From assembly GCA_965235115.1 (NCBI GenBank), contig OZ249436.1, positions 54,748,001 through 54,812,000 on the forward strand: a DNA stretch of 64,000 bases, in the 5' to 3' direction. Below are positions 62,025 through 64,000 of this stretch, one piece after another. The notes under the pieces were generated by a model. The model had not been told where the DNA came from, ran no database searches, and saw nothing but the letters and a program-made list of their open reading frames with translations. Positions within the stretch are counted from its first letter, which is position 1. Every line of letters begins with the position of its first letter. The stretch is from Laetmonice hystrix (Eukaryota). A program made the position numbers and the translations under genes.

Positions 62025-63279
62025 AGCTATCTGATACCCGCTCTCTAAACGATACAATACGTCACAGATCCGTGAGGTGTTGCTCGATAACAATGGTCCA
62101 AGGAACTCAATTCTTTGACCCATAGGATCAATTGAATTTTTAGATTTAGGGTTCTCAGCATTAGCCACGATGACGGCGGTCGGTTTGAACGGCAGTGGTA
62201 ACCGGAATACCGGGGAAGACGATCGACCTTGCATCAAGTATCCAACAAACTATATAAGAGAAAGTTACGTCCGAAGAACGTGGAGTGCTGCCCGAGCCTC
62301 GTGTAGTCTGGTACCGGTGCTGTGGAATCAATTGAAAAACATAGTCTGCGAGTAAGAGGCAAAATCCTAATCTAAAAGTATGAGCGGTGTGGCTTAAACG
62401 TCTGCTTCTGATCTGCCAGCCTCTAATCAAATCAGGCTTGGGGCTCGAAGAAGAAAATCTACGACAAACACAAATCCCCTAGCATCGCCGTGATATACTA
62501 TAGAGAGTTTTATGTGATGCTGAAACTTAATCAGACAAAGATACAAAATAGTCCCAGAATACGGGGTGCGTCGCTGAAACTTTCCATGTGGCTTCCCATA
62601 CGTCGCTCTCCCTAGCGACCCCTGGTGTCAAAGGTCAGCCCAGGGTCCTGTCCATCTCTTCCCGGGCGAGAGGTGCTGGACGTATAACAAGATGTGTGAT
62701 GGGCCGGCTATCGGTTCTCAGGGTCTCTCAATAATCCGTTGGACAACTACCCCCGGGGATAGGCCAAGACGGACGTCTACCACAGCCGACCGGTAATGCT
62801 CCACAAGAGGGCCAGCATGCTCTCTGAACCAATCAATCGACATGCCACAACCAAGGACAGCAGAGGACGAATAAAATATAGCTATCTCTCAGTTCGGCCA
62901 GGTCACTGTGTCTAGTATTGACTTCTCGAGACGTCTGTGTGTAGACATATCTTGGGCGGCAGGAAACAAAATATGCGATGAAAGATCGACTGGTGCTCGT
63001 TTTGAAATATCTGACGTAAATTATGTGTCATCAGGGGTAACTGAAAGGTTCTTAAACCACGGATAAATGAGCCTGGAGGCTTGACGCTCATATACGTCCG
63101 TAGTGAACGCTATCCAAGGGCCTCTTAGGTAAAAGTTTTCATCAAATGAATATACATACATGTATAACTTTGTCTTCTGTTGATAGTTGAACGGGCCTGT
63201 GTTAATGTAGGTAGAGTTATGATAATGTGTTTTAATATTGGTTTTGCCTTTATGTTACAGACGAAAGTTAACCAAAATT

Positions 63280-63497
63280 ATGAACAGCACATTGACAGGA
63301 TTGGTCCTTGGCTTCACCTTGGCGGTGGCCTTGACCTTGACCTTGACACTTGACCTCGTGAATGGACAGAAGCTGCCAACAAGAGACGAAGACCACTTCC
63401 ACTTCCAGATCAGTCACGCCGAGATCTTCTACGACACGAAACTGCTACCAGATGGCGCTGAGGTGGCATCCTACCTCCAGAGAGGCGTGTGGCGCAG
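63280..63497 (+). CDS. NDNF: NDNF (neuron-derived neurotrophic factor) homologue, first coding exon with signal peptide
   Basis: A hydrophobic signal peptide is followed by QKLPTRDEDHFHFQISHAEIFYDTKLLPDGAEVASYL, which I recognise as matching the vertebrate NDNF N-terminus (QKLPTRDEELFQMQI...IPDGAEISSYL). Acceptor ttacag at 63260; donor AG|GTAAGT at 63498, phase 2. Confidence 0.92.
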
Positions 63498-63712
63498 GTA
63501 AGTTAGAAATGTTAGATCAAGGGCGGATCAGGGATTTTAAAGGGGGGGGGGGGGGGTCAAAAGCGTGGTCCACAACGGTTAATTCAAGAGGATGTAGGTA
63601 CATTAAAAAACTGTAGCCAACCCCTTAAGTCTTTCACTCTCTTTTTAAATCCTTACTCAGTTTTGCTCTCCTTTGAAGTTTTGCGTCGCGTTCGTGCGTC
63701 GGAAACCACTGA

Positions 63713-63844
63713 GGTTAAATGCCCAGATACACAGACCGATTTACGGCCGGTTTTGAGATACGGCCGATTTTTCTCCACATAGTTTAAAATCGACCGTACC
63801 TCAAAATAGCCCGTAAATCGGTCTGTGTATCTGGCCATTTAGCC
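63713..63844. mobile_element. Small palindromic MITE in the NDNF intron
   Basis: ~58-bp imperfect arms: aaatgcccagatacacagaccgatttacggccggttttgagatacggccgatttt pairs with aaaatcgaccgtacctcaaaatagcccgtaaatcggtctgtgtatctggccattt. Confidence 0.8.
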
Positions 63845-63904
63845 TTATAATCCCTATAGCATTTCTTTAAAATCACATAATCTTTAGTGTTGTCTCCACT
63901 TCAG

Positions 63905-64000
63905 ATTTTTCTTCATGGTGGAGGACGATGACACGCCGGTGTCGCTGGTGGTGACCCCGTGCGCCTCGGCCGTCGACTGGAGGCTGTCACTTCACGACCT
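63905..64000 (+). CDS. NDNF: NDNF homologue, second coding exon (truncated by window end)
   Basis: Acceptor tctccacttcag|A in phase 2. Translation FFFMVEDDDTPVSLVVTPCASAVDWRLSLHD matches NDNF YFFVVEEDNTPLSVTVTPCDAPLEWKLSL. Confidence 0.92.

Overview
Eukaryotic (animal, most likely invertebrate) genomic DNA, not prokaryotic. Two spliced protein-coding genes lie on the + strand. The first is a complete 7-exon DOK/IRS-family adaptor gene (PH + IRS-type PTB + proline-rich tail; CDS 7048-21347, 558 aa when joined, all splice phases consistent). The second is the 5' part of an NDNF (neuron-derived neurotrophic factor) homologue that starts at 63280 and runs off the window end. The rest is intronic or intergenic and is rich in non-autonomous DNA transposons (Kolobok-like with TTAA TSD, Tc1/mariner-like with TA TSD, MULE-like with 9-bp TSD, hAT5-like with 5-bp TSD, Harbinger-like, Helentron-like), two decayed LINE fragments, poly-G/C runs and about nine distinct minisatellites. 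The minisatellites account for almost all long ORFs in the track. The most unusual observation is a 2-kb intronic 35-bp minisatellite that appears to have been amplified from a coding exon of the DOK-like gene, with the exon's splice acceptor duplicated inside the array as a potential decoy or poison 3' splice site. Other observations are a minisatellite that multiplies a perfect CRE, a PTB domain lacking a phosphotyrosine-binding arginine, and strong over-representation of TAGGCCTA. I found no evidence for CRISPR, rRNA, tRNA or an intact autonomous mobile element. All annotation was done by eye, without database searches.
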